A model generated the notes under the pieces. That model did not search any database, had not been told where the DNA came from, and was given only the letters and a program-made list of their open reading frames with translations. From a virus, in the UHGV virus genome UHGV-0087839: a stretch of 37,264 nt of DNA. One strand, written 5' to 3'. Made by a program: the position numbers and the translations under genes. Of this stretch, positions 8,683 through 17,455 are shown one piece after another; within the stretch, counting starts at the first letter, position 1; the number at the start of each line of letters is the position of its first letter.

Positions 8683-9177
8683 ATGGCCATGATGATGATC
8701 TACGGCATGTTTGTTTTTGAGCTGCGCACGTTGCCGCATCAGCAGTTACAGCAAAACAAAAGCTGGCGGCATGTGAAAAATGAACGCGTTAACCGTTCAG
8801 CAAGCTGGCAGTATATCGGGGCAGGCGATGATCGCATCGTTCTTTCTGGTGTGCTTTATCCTGAAATTACAGGTGGCGAAGTGTCGCTTTCGTTGCTGAC
8901 CACACAGGCATATACAGGACGCCCCTGGCCTCTGATTGATGGTGTCGGGCAGATTTACGGCATGTATGTCCTGACCGGAACGAATACGACCCGCTCCGAG
9001 TTTGATCGCTACGGTAAGGCGAAAAAGATAGAATTTTCACTGTCTCTTGAACGCTGTGATGAGGATTTGCGGGAGCGCCTGCAATCCTCATCGTTCAGTG
9101 ATATGCTGTCCGGCTTCAAAGATAAGGTCACATCATCCCTTAACAGCGCGGCCAGCTCCGTTAAAGGGCTGTTTTGA
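8683..9177 (+). CDS. U: Tail protein gpU
   Basis: 164 aa; N-terminus MAMMMIYGMFVFELRTLPHQ resembles P2 gpU; follows T. Confidence 0.85.
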   Translation: MAMMMIYGMFVFELRTLPHQQLQQNKSWRHVKNERVNRSASWQYIGAGDDRIVLSGVLYPEITGGEVSLSLLTTQAYTGRPWPLIDGVGQIYGMYVLTGTNTTRSEFDRYGKAKKIEFSLSLERCDEDLRERLQSSSFSDMLSGFKDKVTSSLNSAASSVKGLF

Positions 9178-9188
9178 TTAACGCAAAA

Positions 9189-9214
9189 CCGCTAATGGTC
9201 AGATTAGCGGTTTT
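9189..9214 (+). terminator. Hairpin with T-tract between convergent U and invertase genes (possibly bidirectional)
   Basis: CCGCTAAT-GGTCAG-ATTAGCGG followed by TTTT; A-run on the 5' side gives a T-run on the opposite strand. Confidence 0.45.
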
Positions 9215-9803
9215 CATTTTCCTGAGTCTGCCTGGTTGTTTCTTCAGCCTGTATATCGCCTACAGGGTGATAACGATAAATCGTCGATATGCCGATGTCG
9301 TAAATGATCGCCAGTTGTTTCCTGTCATGACCGTTTTTAATCAGCCTCGCTATTTGCTCGTGTTGTTCTTTTGTCAACTTCGGGCGACGTCCGCCAATGC
9401 GTCCTTGTGCGCGTGCTGCTGCCAGCCCGGCCAGTGTACGCTCTACAATTAATTCACGTTCCATTTCGGCTAAAGCCCCCATGACGTGAAAAAAGAAACG
9501 CCCCATGGGTGTTGATGTGTCAATGCTGTCCGTCAGACTACGGAAATTAACACCTTTTTCCCGCAATTCCTCAATAAGCGTGATCAGGTGTTTCATACTT
9601 CTGCCCAGTCTGTCCAGCTTCCAGACAACCAGCGTATCTCCTTCTGATAGCGTTCTGAGCAGTTTTTTCAATCCCGGTCTGGCTGATTTCGTTCCGCTGA
9701 TTTTATCTTCAAAAATCAGTTCACATCCTGCGCAGTTCAGTGCATTGCGTTGTAAATCCGTGTTCTGGTCATTTGTTGACACACGAATATAGCCAATTTG
9801 CAT
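9204..9803 (-). CDS. Serine DNA invertase, Hin/Gin/Cin/Pin family
   Basis: Translation MQIGYIRVSTNDQNTDLQRNAL... matches the resolvase/invertase catalytic N-terminus (serine in RVST); C-terminal HTH; AAAGAGG ribosome-binding site 9 nt upstream of the ATG at 9803. Confidence 0.9.
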   Translation of the reverse strand: MQIGYIRVSTNDQNTDLQRNALNCAGCELIFEDKISGTKSARPGLKKLLRTLSEGDTLVVWKLDRLGRSMKHLITLIEELREKGVNFRSLTDSIDTSTPMGRFFFHVMGALAEMERELIVERTLAGLAAARAQGRIGGRRPKLTKEQHEQIARLIKNGHDRKQLAIIYDIGISTIYRYHPVGDIQAEETTRQTQENENR

Positions 9804-9857
9804 AAAAAACATCCTCTTTGTTTCGTGAAAAATACATAGTTGGTATAGGTAGGGATA

Positions 9858-9883
9858 AAGACGAAAACGTTGGTTTGGGGGAA
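9858..9883. repeat. Invertase crossover site (gix/hix-like), copy A
   Basis: 26-bp sequence whose reverse complement TTCCCCCAAACCAACGTTTTCGTCTT resembles hix/gix sites; sits at the 5' edge of a roughly 200-bp segment repeated three times. Confidence 0.55.
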
Positions 9884-10303
9884 GGCTCTGCGCTGCCCGT
9901 TGGTGTGCCCGTTCCATGGCCCTCAGCCACGCTGCCAACGGGGTGGCTGAAATGTAACGGCGCAGCATTTTCTTCTGAAATGTACCCCAATCTGGCAAAG
10001 GCCTACCCCACCAATAAATTACCGGATTTACGGGGCGAATTTATTCGTGGCTGGGATGATGGACGTGGTGTGGACAATGGGAGAGCATTATTAAGCAGCC
10101 AAGAGGCTACAAATTTTTCTCAGCGTGCCGGAAATATAGGCGATGGTGCGGGCCACGCAATTAATTTTCATGATGGCATAGTCGGAAATCAGCCAGGATT
10201 TTCACGATTTAATTTCACCAGTAACTCTGTAGGCGATGGTATAAATTTTGTTGCTGTCAGGCCGCGAAATATCGCATTTAATTACATCGTAAGGGCAGCA
10301 TGA
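9884..10303 (+). CDS. Promoterless alternative tail-fibre C-terminal cassette A
   Basis: Encodes GLGEGSALPVGVPVPWP...KLPDLRGEFIRGWDDGRG, near-identical to the C-terminal region of H on the opposite strand, then a divergent core and the shared ending RPRNIAFNYIVRAA. Confidence 0.65.
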   Translation, partial: GSALPVGVPVPWPSATLPTGWLKCNGAAFSSEMYPNLAKAYPTNKLPDLRGEFIRGWDDGRGVDNGRALLSSQEATNFSQRAGNIGDGAGHAINFHDGIVGNQPGFSRFNFTSNSVGDGINFVAVRPRNIAFNYIVRAA

Positions 10304-10322
10304 AAACGTTGGTTTGGGGGAA
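10297..10322. repeat. Invertase crossover site (gix/hix-like), copy B
   Basis: Second direct copy of the site; contains the stop codon of cassette A. Confidence 0.55.
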
Positions 10323-10772
10323 GGCTCTGCACTGCCCGTTGGTGTACCTGTTCCATGGCCCTCAACCACGCCGCCAACGGGGTGGCTGAAATGTAACGGC
10401 GCAGCATTTTCTTCTGAAATGTATCCCAGACTGGCAATGGCTTACCCCACCAATAAATTACCGGATTTACGCGGTGAATTTATCCGTGGCTGGGATGATG
10501 GGCGCGGGGTGGATGCCGGAAGGGGCATCTTAAGCATGCAGGGGTGGTTAACAGGAAGTCATTATCATAATATTCGGTCATGGGACGCGTGGGATAACAC
10601 GGTACTGGTGCCAAATGACAAAGGAGGGGATAGTCTGTTGTCGACAGATAACGCCGTCCGGCAAGGTGCAATTAACGGTAGATTTACCAGTCAATACAGA
10701 ACGGAATCCTCAGGGGGGAATGAAACCCGCCCACGCAATATTGCCTTCAATTATATTGTGAGAACCGCATAA
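10323..10772 (+). CDS. Promoterless alternative tail-fibre C-terminal cassette B
   Basis: Same conserved 5' segment and RPRNIAFNYIVRTA ending as cassette A and H, with a different central core. Confidence 0.65.
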   Translation, partial: GSALPVGVPVPWPSTTPPTGWLKCNGAAFSSEMYPRLAMAYPTNKLPDLRGEFIRGWDDGRGVDAGRGILSMQGWLTGSHYHNIRSWDAWDNTVLVPNDKGGDSLLSTDNAVRQGAINGRFTSQYRTESSGGNETRPRNIAFNYIVRTA

Positions 10773-11383
10773 TGAATAACGCGATATTAAATGATGACCT
10801 TATTGCCGTACAGGCAGGAAACATCGTCGTTTATAACTATGATAGTGAGACACGGGAATATATTTCCGAATCAACTGAATATCTTGCTGTGGGTGTCGGT
10901 ATTCCGGCAAATTCCTGTTTAGATGCCCCGGGCGCACATAAAGCGGGCTATGCTATCCGCCGTTCGGAGAATTTAAGTTCATGGGAGTATGCGCCAGACC
11001 ATCGTGGTGAAACCGTCTATAGCACTGACACGGGAAACACCGAAGAAATCACGGCGCTGGGTGACTACCCGAAAAATACAACCACTATCGCCCCGTTAAC
11101 ACCATACGATAAATGGGATGGTGAAAAATGGGTGACAGATACTGAGGCACAACATCGTGCCGCAGTAGAAGCGGCAGAAACCAAGCGCCAGTCACTGGCT
11201 GATGCGGCAATGGCTTCCATAAGTCTGATTCAGTTGAAGTTGCGGGCCGGGCGGAAGTTGACGCAGGCAGAAACCACCCGGCTTAATGCCGTGCTGGATT
11301 ATATAGACGCGCTGAACGCAATGGATATAAACATGGCACCAGATATCAACTTGCCGGAAATACCACTGGCAGCAGCCAGTTGA
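10772..11383 (+). CDS. Tail fibre assembly protein (Tfa/gpG-like)
   Basis: 203-aa ORF whose start overlaps the cassette B stop (TAATG); position and size fit a fibre chaperone within an invertible segment. Confidence 0.7.
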   Translation: MNNAILNDDLIAVQAGNIVVYNYDSETREYISESTEYLAVGVGIPANSCLDAPGAHKAGYAIRRSENLSSWEYAPDHRGETVYSTDTGNTEEITALGDYPKNTTTIAPLTPYDKWDGEKWVTDTEAQHRAAVEAAETKRQSLADAAMASISLIQLKLRAGRKLTQAETTRLNAVLDYIDALNAMDINMAPDINLPEIPLAAAS

Positions 11384-11389
11384 ATATAA

Positions 11390-13003
11390 CTAAGCCGCCC
11401 TCACGATATAGTTAAATGCAATATTGCGGGGGCGGGTTTCACTACCACCTGTGTTACCAATACTTCCTCGTGAATGAAGCGTTGGTGATGGAATCAAACT
11501 CCCTCCTGTATTTGCGGCATCAAGCCCCCTGCCTTGTGTATATGTTTTTTTGAAAATCGTAGCCAACTCCCATTCATCTTTTGTGTCATATCCATCGTTA
11601 GCTACAACAATATGGCGGTGTTTTTCCAACATCCCGTTTTGAATGCTCAATAAAGCGCGTGCCGCATCAATTCCTCGCCCATCATCCCAGCCACGGATAA
11701 ATTCACCGCGTAAATCCGGTAATTTATTGGTGGGGTAGGCTTTTGCCAGTTTGGGGTACATTTCAGAAGAAAATGCTGCACCGTTACATTTCAGCCAGCC
11801 CGTTGGTGGTGTTGCTAAGGGCCACGGAACGGGCACACCAACGGGCAGTGCAGAACCTTCTCCTAAACCAAGGTAATCAAGAACTCCCTGAGTGCTGGTT
11901 TTACCAAGAATGGCACGTCCAACACTTGTCAACGCGGTTAACGCGGCACGATCTGCCCCTGTAAAATATGGGAGTTTATCTGCTGATGTAGCAAGCTCCG
12001 CCAGCGCCGTCAGGGTGGCATCCTTCGGTTGCTTACCCGCAAGCGCGTTAGTCATGGTGGTCGCAAAATTCGGGTCATTGCCCAGCGCCGCAGCCAGTTC
12101 GTTCAGCGTGTTCAGTGCATCAGGTGACGAATCTACAAGTGCGGCAATCGCGGCCATAACGAAAGCCGTGCTTGCGATCTGGGTACTATTAGTCCCCTGT
12201 GGCGCTGTTGGTGTTGTTGGCGTTCCGGTCAGTGCCGGGCTGTTTAATGGTGCTTTCTTGTTCGTTTCATCCATTACCGCCTTAACAGCTTTTGGTGTCG
12301 CTGCCAGCGTTTCAGACGTGCTGTTCGTGGCGCTACTGAGCTGAACAATTCCTTTTTGTGTAGTGGTGGCGTTCTGGGCGGTATATTTCCCGTTAGCCAA
12401 GTCATATGCAGCCTTAACCGCTTTCGGTGTTGCGGCCAGTGTTTCTGATTCACTGTTAATTGCACTGCTTAACTGAGTAAAACCTTTTACGGTCAGCGAG
12501 GCGTCCGGGTGACGTCGTGACTGTTCGTGCTCTGAGATTTTATCATCCACATATTTGCGGGTTGCCAGAACCACAGACGGGTCGATTTTCAGCGTGATGG
12601 CTTCGGTGTTCGTGACAACCAGAATCATGCGGATAGTCTGGGTGCGTCCACTGCCTTCCTGCAACTGCGGTTTGTACGTTTCCGGGCAGTTTGCCACCGC
12701 AATGAGTACACCTTCATCATCATAAAGACCAATCTCACGGATCCAGAATCCTCCCTCGTTTTCAGGGATGATTTGCTCCGCAATAATCTGGCTCTGATTG
12801 TTAGGGTCAACACTCAGAAGATTCAGCGGTGCAATGCGTTTCTGGTTAATCAGTTTTGTTTGTGCAGGGTCTGGTGTTGGTAACACACCATTTGCATCAC
12901 CAACGGCCATTTGCGTCAGATTCAGCTTACTGCCGAGCATCGTCGCGTTAGCCAGTCGTGCCGCGCCCTGATTAGTCAGAATGGCGTAGTATTTCACTGT
13001 CAT
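11390..13003 (-). CDS. H: Tail fibre protein gpH (currently expressed variant)
   Basis: 537 aa; N-terminus resembles P2 H (MAVGD...LP.PD..QT.LI, GGFW.RE.GLYDD.G.LIAVAN, EHEQSRRHPDASL); internal SETLAATPKAVKA tandem repeat; C-terminal part shares the conserved segment with cassettes A and B. Confidence 0.9.
   Translation of the reverse strand: MTVKYYAILTNQGAARLANATMLGSKLNLTQMAVGDANGVLPTPDPAQTKLINQKRIAPLNLLSVDPNNQSQIIAEQIIPENEGGFWIREIGLYDDEGVLIAVANCPETYKPQLQEGSGRTQTIRMILVVTNTEAITLKIDPSVVLATRKYVDDKISEHEQSRRHPDASLTVKGFTQLSSAINSESETLAATPKAVKAAYDLANGKYTAQNATTTQKGIVQLSSATNSTSETLAATPKAVKAVMDETNKKAPLNSPALTGTPTTPTAPQGTNSTQIASTAFVMAAIAALVDSSPDALNTLNELAAALGNDPNFATTMTNALAGKQPKDATLTALAELATSADKLPYFTGADRAALTALTSVGRAILGKTSTQGVLDYLGLGEGSALPVGVPVPWPLATPPTGWLKCNGAAFSSEMYPKLAKAYPTNKLPDLRGEFIRGWDDGRGIDAARALLSIQNGMLEKHRHIVVANDGYDTKDEWELATIFKKTYTQGRGLDAANTGGSLIPSPTLHSRGSIGNTGGSETRPRNIAFNYIVRAA
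11858..11883. repeat. Invertase crossover site within H (TTCTCCTAAACCAAGGTAATCAAGAA), inverted relative to copies A and B
   Basis: Resembles hix/gix consensus (TTCT...AAACCAAGG...); at the constant/variable junction of H. Confidence 0.6.
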
Positions 13004-13608
13004 GCGTTTACTCTCAGATTATCAATTAAATGAATGGCTGGGGCAGGGAAATAATCCCCTTCGACAATAATGGACTCCGGGGTGTAGGGATAAACCGTCA
13101 GGGCATCGCCGTGATAGCATCCCGTACCAACGAAAATCTTTCCGTTCACACTCAGGCTGATCGCCAGCCCCGTCAGATGGCGACTTACTGGTTTTGCATC
13201 CGCAATAAGGCGCTCAAGTTCCTGATACATTTCATCGGTGATGCCCTGATCAAGTACTCCGACAACAATGCGAAATGTTCCCGGCTCCTCGTTGAGTTGC
13301 CACCACTCCTTTACTTCAATCAGGTAGCCGAGAGGCTCCACGGCTCTTCGCAGTGCGCTGATGGTCCCTTTGTGTCGGTGTATCAGCCATGCATCACGAA
13401 TCACCTGTCGCTTTGTCTCTTCCGGCCAGTTGCGATCCCAGCGGTCAACGGAAAACGCCCAGGCGAGATAAGGCAGCAGATGCACCGGGCAGGTGTCCGG
13501 CGACCACAGCGTGTTGAGGTCTACCGGAATGTCTGTAATGCGTGTTCCGACGGCTTCGGCACAACGCATGAAATTGCTGGCTGATGGTGGTAACAACGAA
13601 TTACTCAT
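13000..13608 (-). CDS. I: Baseplate protein gpI
   Basis: Translation from the internal ATG (MSNSLLPP...) resembles P2 gpI (W.PDTCP..LLP.LAWAFSVDRWD..WPE..KR.VIRDA); start overlaps the J 3' end. Confidence 0.85.
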   Translation of the reverse strand: MSNSLLPPSASNFMRCAEAVGTRITDIPVDLNTLWSPDTCPVHLLPYLAWAFSVDRWDRNWPEETKRQVIRDAWLIHRHKGTISALRRAVEPLGYLIEVKEWWQLNEEPGTFRIVVGVLDQGITDEMYQELERLIADAKPVSRHLTGLAISLSVNGKIFVGTGCYHGDALTVYPYTPESIIVEGDYFPAPAIHLIDNLRVNA

Positions 13609-14497
13609 TGCGTCCACCTTCGCTGATGGTGAATGACTCACAGCGCGCCGCCTGTATGTCGCTGATGGCCATATTCTGTGTGGGTTCGATTATCTCCACG
13701 CGTTGCACACCGTGCACATGCAGTGCGGCAGCAATGGCGGACAACGCCACGTCCTGACCGATAAGCCCCTGCTCAGCCAGCCACTTCCTGAACGACGATT
13801 CAGCCGCGGCCAGAATAGGTTCGGATTCCGGGCCGGGGTAAAAGTACAGTTTTGCATTCAGCCGCCATGTCACGATTCTGGCGCTCTGTACGGTCAGGCG
13901 GTCGGCCACCGGGCGGGTATCCTCTGCATTCAGAACGGCGCGAACGGTATTAAGCAACGCCTCCGTTGCTGTGCCGTCGCCTTCAGTGGACAGGATGGAA
14001 ACCGTCACACAGGCCGGAGACGGGCTGATGGCCCGCGCATCACGCACCAGACCGCTGGCGCTGCGTGCAAAATACTCGTATGCACCTGACGGGCCAGCAA
14101 CACTCAGGCCGTCATACGCCCGTTGCGCCCGCAATCTCAGCGAGGTGTCACTCTCCATCACCGCGTCGGTGGTATCCGTTGCCGGAGTGATAACCAGGCG
14201 CTTTGTGTTCATATTGCCCGCGAGGTTGTCCAGGTTTGTCCCTGAACCGTGGCTTAACATGCAGGCGCGTGCGCCCTCGTTAACCCGCTGGCGTAACAGC
14301 ATTTCACGAAAAGACATGGTTTGAGCGATAACGTTCAGGGGTTCCGATTCCAGCTCCAGCGCGGCGGAGACGGCTTCACGCTGTTCGGCAGGATAGGACG
14401 CAATCATCATGGCCTTTGTGTCAGCCAGAATTGCCTCAAAATCAGGCTCCGCGATGATGGCGGGTTCCGGTAACTGGGAAAGGTCAACAGCAGGCAT
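13601..14497 (-). CDS. J: Baseplate protein gpJ
   Basis: 298 aa, positioned between W and I as in P2. Confidence 0.8.
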   Translation of the reverse strand: MPAVDLSQLPEPAIIAEPDFEAILADTKAMMIASYPAEQREAVSAALELESEPLNVIAQTMSFREMLLRQRVNEGARACMLSHGSGTNLDNLAGNMNTKRLVITPATDTTDAVMESDTSLRLRAQRAYDGLSVAGPSGAYEYFARSASGLVRDARAISPSPACVTVSILSTEGDGTATEALLNTVRAVLNAEDTRPVADRLTVQSARIVTWRLNAKLYFYPGPESEPILAAAESSFRKWLAEQGLIGQDVALSAIAAALHVHGVQRVEIIEPTQNMAISDIQAARCESFTISEGGRNE

Positions 14498-14500
14498 GAT

Positions 14501-14851
14501 TTACTCTCTCAGCGTGATGGTTAATTCAACATTCTGCATGGTCTGCATGACAATGCCCGACAGCGTCACCCCGGCGCGGCCTCCTGCCTTCCAGACAACG
14601 TCGATGGCGTCCAGGGCAATGCGGGGTTCCCATCGTGTCAGCGCAATCACGGCAGCACTCATGCATTGCAGACGAGTTGTGTTATTCATGGGTTCGTCAA
14701 TCAAATCAGGCACAAGGCTGCCATATTCCCGTCGCATAACCCGGCTTGCCAGCGGGGTGATCAGGATGTCCCTGACTGACTGTTTCAGGTGCTCCATATC
14801 GTTCAGGTTTCCCGTCCCGTCCGGATTCATTCCTGTGTAGCGGGTTGTCAC
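14501..14851 (-). CDS. W: Baseplate wedge protein gpW (gp25-like)
   Basis: 116 aa, size and position as P2 gpW. Confidence 0.8.
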   Translation of the reverse strand: MTTRYTGMNPDGTGNLNDMEHLKQSVRDILITPLASRVMRREYGSLVPDLIDEPMNNTTRLQCMSAAVIALTRWEPRIALDAIDVVWKAGGRAGVTLSGIVMQTMQNVELTITLRE

Positions 14852-15429
14852 TGCGGGCCTCCTGTCGAATCGCTGCCACCTTTCACGCCACCGTGTTTAT
14901 GCGTATGCACGGTAATGCCGTTTGAGGTGAAGTTGCCGCCGCTGTGCGTGATATTGCCGCTCATCTTTCCTCCTTTTGTTACGTCAAGCGTCGCCGTTCT
15001 CAGAAGGTTTGTGCATTCCACGACGGGCGTGTCCAGTTTCACGCTGACGGATGCCTGTAAAGTGGCCGTTTTCATGCCGCTGGCGCTCAGTGCGCCTGCG
15101 TCCGCGTCGTAGCGGAACACCGCGCCGTCCGGCGCCCTGATCACGATTTCTTTCAGGCTTTTGCCGGGGGCCGGATTGGCATCACTCCACAGGCTGCCAA
15201 TTATCATGGCGGTTTCCGGGTTGCCGCCAATGCAGGCAATTACCACCTGTTCGCCTGGTGATGGCGGCAGCCACACATTGAAGGCTCCCGCGCGCGTGGT
15301 GTTCCAGCGCAGCCAGCCTGTTTCCAGTTCGCCGCTGCGAACGCGCACGCGCCAGGACTTCTCATCAACTTCAGAGATGATCCCGGTGCGGATGATATTG
15401 CTCAGCAGTCGCATGAGTTCTGCGCTCAC
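14848..15429 (-). CDS. V: Baseplate spike/assembly protein gpV
   Basis: 193 aa, overlapping stop/start with W; position as P2 V. Confidence 0.8.
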   Translation of the reverse strand: MSAELMRLLSNIIRTGIISEVDEKSWRVRVRSGELETGWLRWNTTRAGAFNVWLPPSPGEQVVIACIGGNPETAMIIGSLWSDANPAPGKSLKEIVIRAPDGAVFRYDADAGALSASGMKTATLQASVSVKLDTPVVECTNLLRTATLDVTKGGKMSGNITHSGGNFTSNGITVHTHKHGGVKGGSDSTGGPQ

Positions 15430-16070
15430 CGTACAGCCTCCGCAATCCGGCCCAGCACCGTGTTATAAATCAGGCGTTCATCTGCCTGACTGATGCCCAA
15501 CAGCTCACGTACCGGGTAATCGGTGAAAATGCCCGGCGCAACCTGATCGCGCTCACCGAACTGATGAACGCGGGCAATACGTGCGGCCACGCCGCTGTAA
15601 CCCACCGTCACACCGGAAGCATCTGCACGGGCTTTCAGGTAGCGGGCGGTGCGCAGTTTTACGAACATGGGGACGCGCTTTGTGCTGTCCTGGTTGATGC
15701 GCCGGGTGCGTATTTCCAGAAAACGGTCGATGTCATCCCGGTAAAACGTGCGGATATTGTTTTTATCCTCATCCCACCCGGTAATGGTTCGCCCGTATTT
15801 CCCCGTGTCGTGATGCCAGTTTTTCAGCGTGCGTGCTTCGTTATTCCAGATAAAGCGAATGCGTTCCTGTATCCGGGTTACGCGGCGTCTGCGCGGTGTC
15901 CATGCGGTCCCGCCCGGCGCTTTCTGTGACCGGATGCGCGCCTGCTGGGCGCGGCGTAAATCCTGTGCCAGCTTTCTGGCGATGTTATTGATGGCCTGCT
16001 GATTCAGGCTGTCGCGGATGGCCTCAAAGGTTTCATCCACGCGGGTGAATGCCTTATCCATCGCTTTCAC
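15426..16070 (-). CDS. S: Tail completion / virion morphogenesis protein (gpS-like)
   Basis: 214 aa, between R and V as in P2. Confidence 0.65.
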   Translation of the reverse strand: MKAMDKAFTRVDETFEAIRDSLNQQAINNIARKLAQDLRRAQQARIRSQKAPGGTAWTPRRRRVTRIQERIRFIWNNEARTLKNWHHDTGKYGRTITGWDEDKNNIRTFYRDDIDRFLEIRTRRINQDSTKRVPMFVKLRTARYLKARADASGVTVGYSGVAARIARVHQFGERDQVAPGIFTDYPVRELLGISQADERLIYNTVLGRIAEAVR

Positions 16071-16521
16071 ACCACGTCACATCCTGGAATACATGCGACC
16101 AGTCGCCTTCGGAAGATGGCAGGCGGGGTTTTGGCTCCGGCAGGTGTTCTGCCTGCGGTGTGCCCTGACTGCTGCGCGTGATGCGAACGCGTTCCCGCAG
16201 GGGGAGCGTAAACAGGAGATCGGCGCTGTCATCGCCATTGATAACGGCGGAGAATTTGATGTCCTGATTACGCTCAGGGTTGAGCAACAACTGTGGCTGA
16301 TTTTCGGATAACCACGCCAGCAGCGGCAGCGTGAGGTCATCCAGCTCCCCGGCGTAATCCATGACAAACATCACCATCTGATAGCGGTAAACAAACGATG
16401 GGGTTTCTCCTGTCGTTTCAATGTTGCCGCTCTCCACGAAAATGGTGAATTTTTCCGGGTTGGCCTGACACCATCGGCATGAACGGGTCATGGCTTCACG
16501 CAGGGAATCAGTTTTCAGCAT
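16054..16521 (-). CDS. R: Tail completion protein gpR
   Basis: 155 aa; resembles P2 gpR (LAWL.ENQP motif region). Confidence 0.75.
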   Translation of the reverse strand: MLKTDSLREAMTRSCRWCQANPEKFTIFVESGNIETTGETPSFVYRYQMVMFVMDYAGELDDLTLPLLAWLSENQPQLLLNPERNQDIKFSAVINGDDSADLLFTLPLRERVRITRSSQGTPQAEHLPEPKPRLPSSEGDWSHVFQDVTWCESDG

Positions 16522-16798
16522 GGTTGTTGTCCTCGTTGTTCAGTCGTTGCAGCCTGCGCTGTTCCAGTAATTCAATGGCCCGTTTATCCGCGTTACAGGT
16601 TTCCAGTGCATCCAGAAGGCGGTCGCCCCATATACCGAGATTTCCCCATGTGGGAGTGTCAGGGAAGGGGGGAGGTGTTACCGGTATGGTCAGCGTCTGC
16701 GGTATAAGCCGGACTGACGGCGCTGGTCGTGGCGCGTTCTGCGTGCCTGCGCAACCTGTCAGTAAAACGAGCGTCAGGCAAAGCGTGGGCGCATTCAT
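16508..16798 (-). CDS. lysC: Rz1-like outer-membrane lipoprotein (LysC-like), partly embedded in the lysB frame
   Basis: MNAPTLCLTLVLLTGCAG signal peptide with lipobox LTGC, then a proline-rich region; overlaps the 3' end of lysB in another frame. Confidence 0.7.
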   Translation of the reverse strand: MNAPTLCLTLVLLTGCAGTQNAPRPAPSVRLIPQTLTIPVTPPPFPDTPTWGNLGIWGDRLLDALETCNADKRAIELLEQRRLQRLNNEDNNHAEN

Positions 16799-17066
16799 CT
16801 TTTGCAATATCGTTGCGTAACTGTTCACGTCTGGCCTCTCCGTCCTGATTTCGCTGTTGATTTTCCACGCGGAGTTGCGCCAGCACCTGCTGCATATCCT
16901 GTACCCCGGTGCTGATGATATTCAGGTTGTCGACGGTGCTTTTCAGGGCGCTGGCCTGCGCTTCGTTTCTGGCGTTCTCCCGGCCCAGCGACCACGACAG
17001 ACGCATGGATGTTCCCCATGCGGCAATCAGAAGGAAAGCGACGCCCAGCGTGGGCCAGAGCTTCAT
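16659..17066 (-). CDS. lysB: Rz-like spanin (LysB-like)
   Basis: MKLWPTLGVAFLLIAAW N-terminal transmembrane segment followed by a coiled-coil-like region; ATGA overlap with the endolysin stop. Confidence 0.7.
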   Translation of the reverse strand: MKLWPTLGVAFLLIAAWGTSMRLSWSLGRENARNEAQASALKSTVDNLNIISTGVQDMQQVLAQLRVENQQRNQDGEARREQLRNDIAKDECAHALPDARFTDRLRRHAERATTSAVSPAYTADADHTGNTSPLP

Positions 17067-17455
17067 GCCGGATAGGCTCCGTGTGGTAACTGAAAATGCG
17101 GTCCGTCTTTCAGGGTCTTCCAGTCGCCGCCCCATTCCACCGGAATATTCAGTTCCCGGCTGGCCTGTCTGAATGCTGCTGCGATTTTTTCGTACAGCGG
17201 CCATTCCCATGACACCTGGCTGCCGATATAAGCCACAACATCCACGGCATGTCCCGTAAGGTGGCGGCTGTTCATGGTCTGGCTCTTACCTGTGGCCACA
17301 AGTTGCTTCTGGCGGTAACGGCTGCGCAACCCTTCGGTGATACCAAAATCCACTTCCGAAATTTCCAGTGCCCGTCGGGTCACTTTCACCAGATCAGGAT
17401 TTACGCCCTGCAAATTCTTTTCGCTCCGGCTGCTGAATTTAAATGTGTTGCTCAT
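17063..17455 (-). CDS. Endolysin, peptidase M15 (L-alanyl-D-glutamate peptidase) type
   Basis: 130 aa; SRHLTGHAVDV motif (H-x6-D) characteristic of VanY/M15 peptidases; sits in the lysis cassette between holin and spanins. Confidence 0.75.
   Translation of the reverse strand: MSNTFKFSSRSEKNLQGVNPDLVKVTRRALEISEVDFGITEGLRSRYRQKQLVATGKSQTMNSRHLTGHAVDVVAYIGSQVSWEWPLYEKIAAAFRQASRELNIPVEWGGDWKTLKDGPHFQLPHGAYPA

Noticed and set aside
11743-12344. Plus-strand ORFs opposite tail-fibre gene H
   Set aside because: Antisense to H; the conserved fibre repeats explain the open frames.
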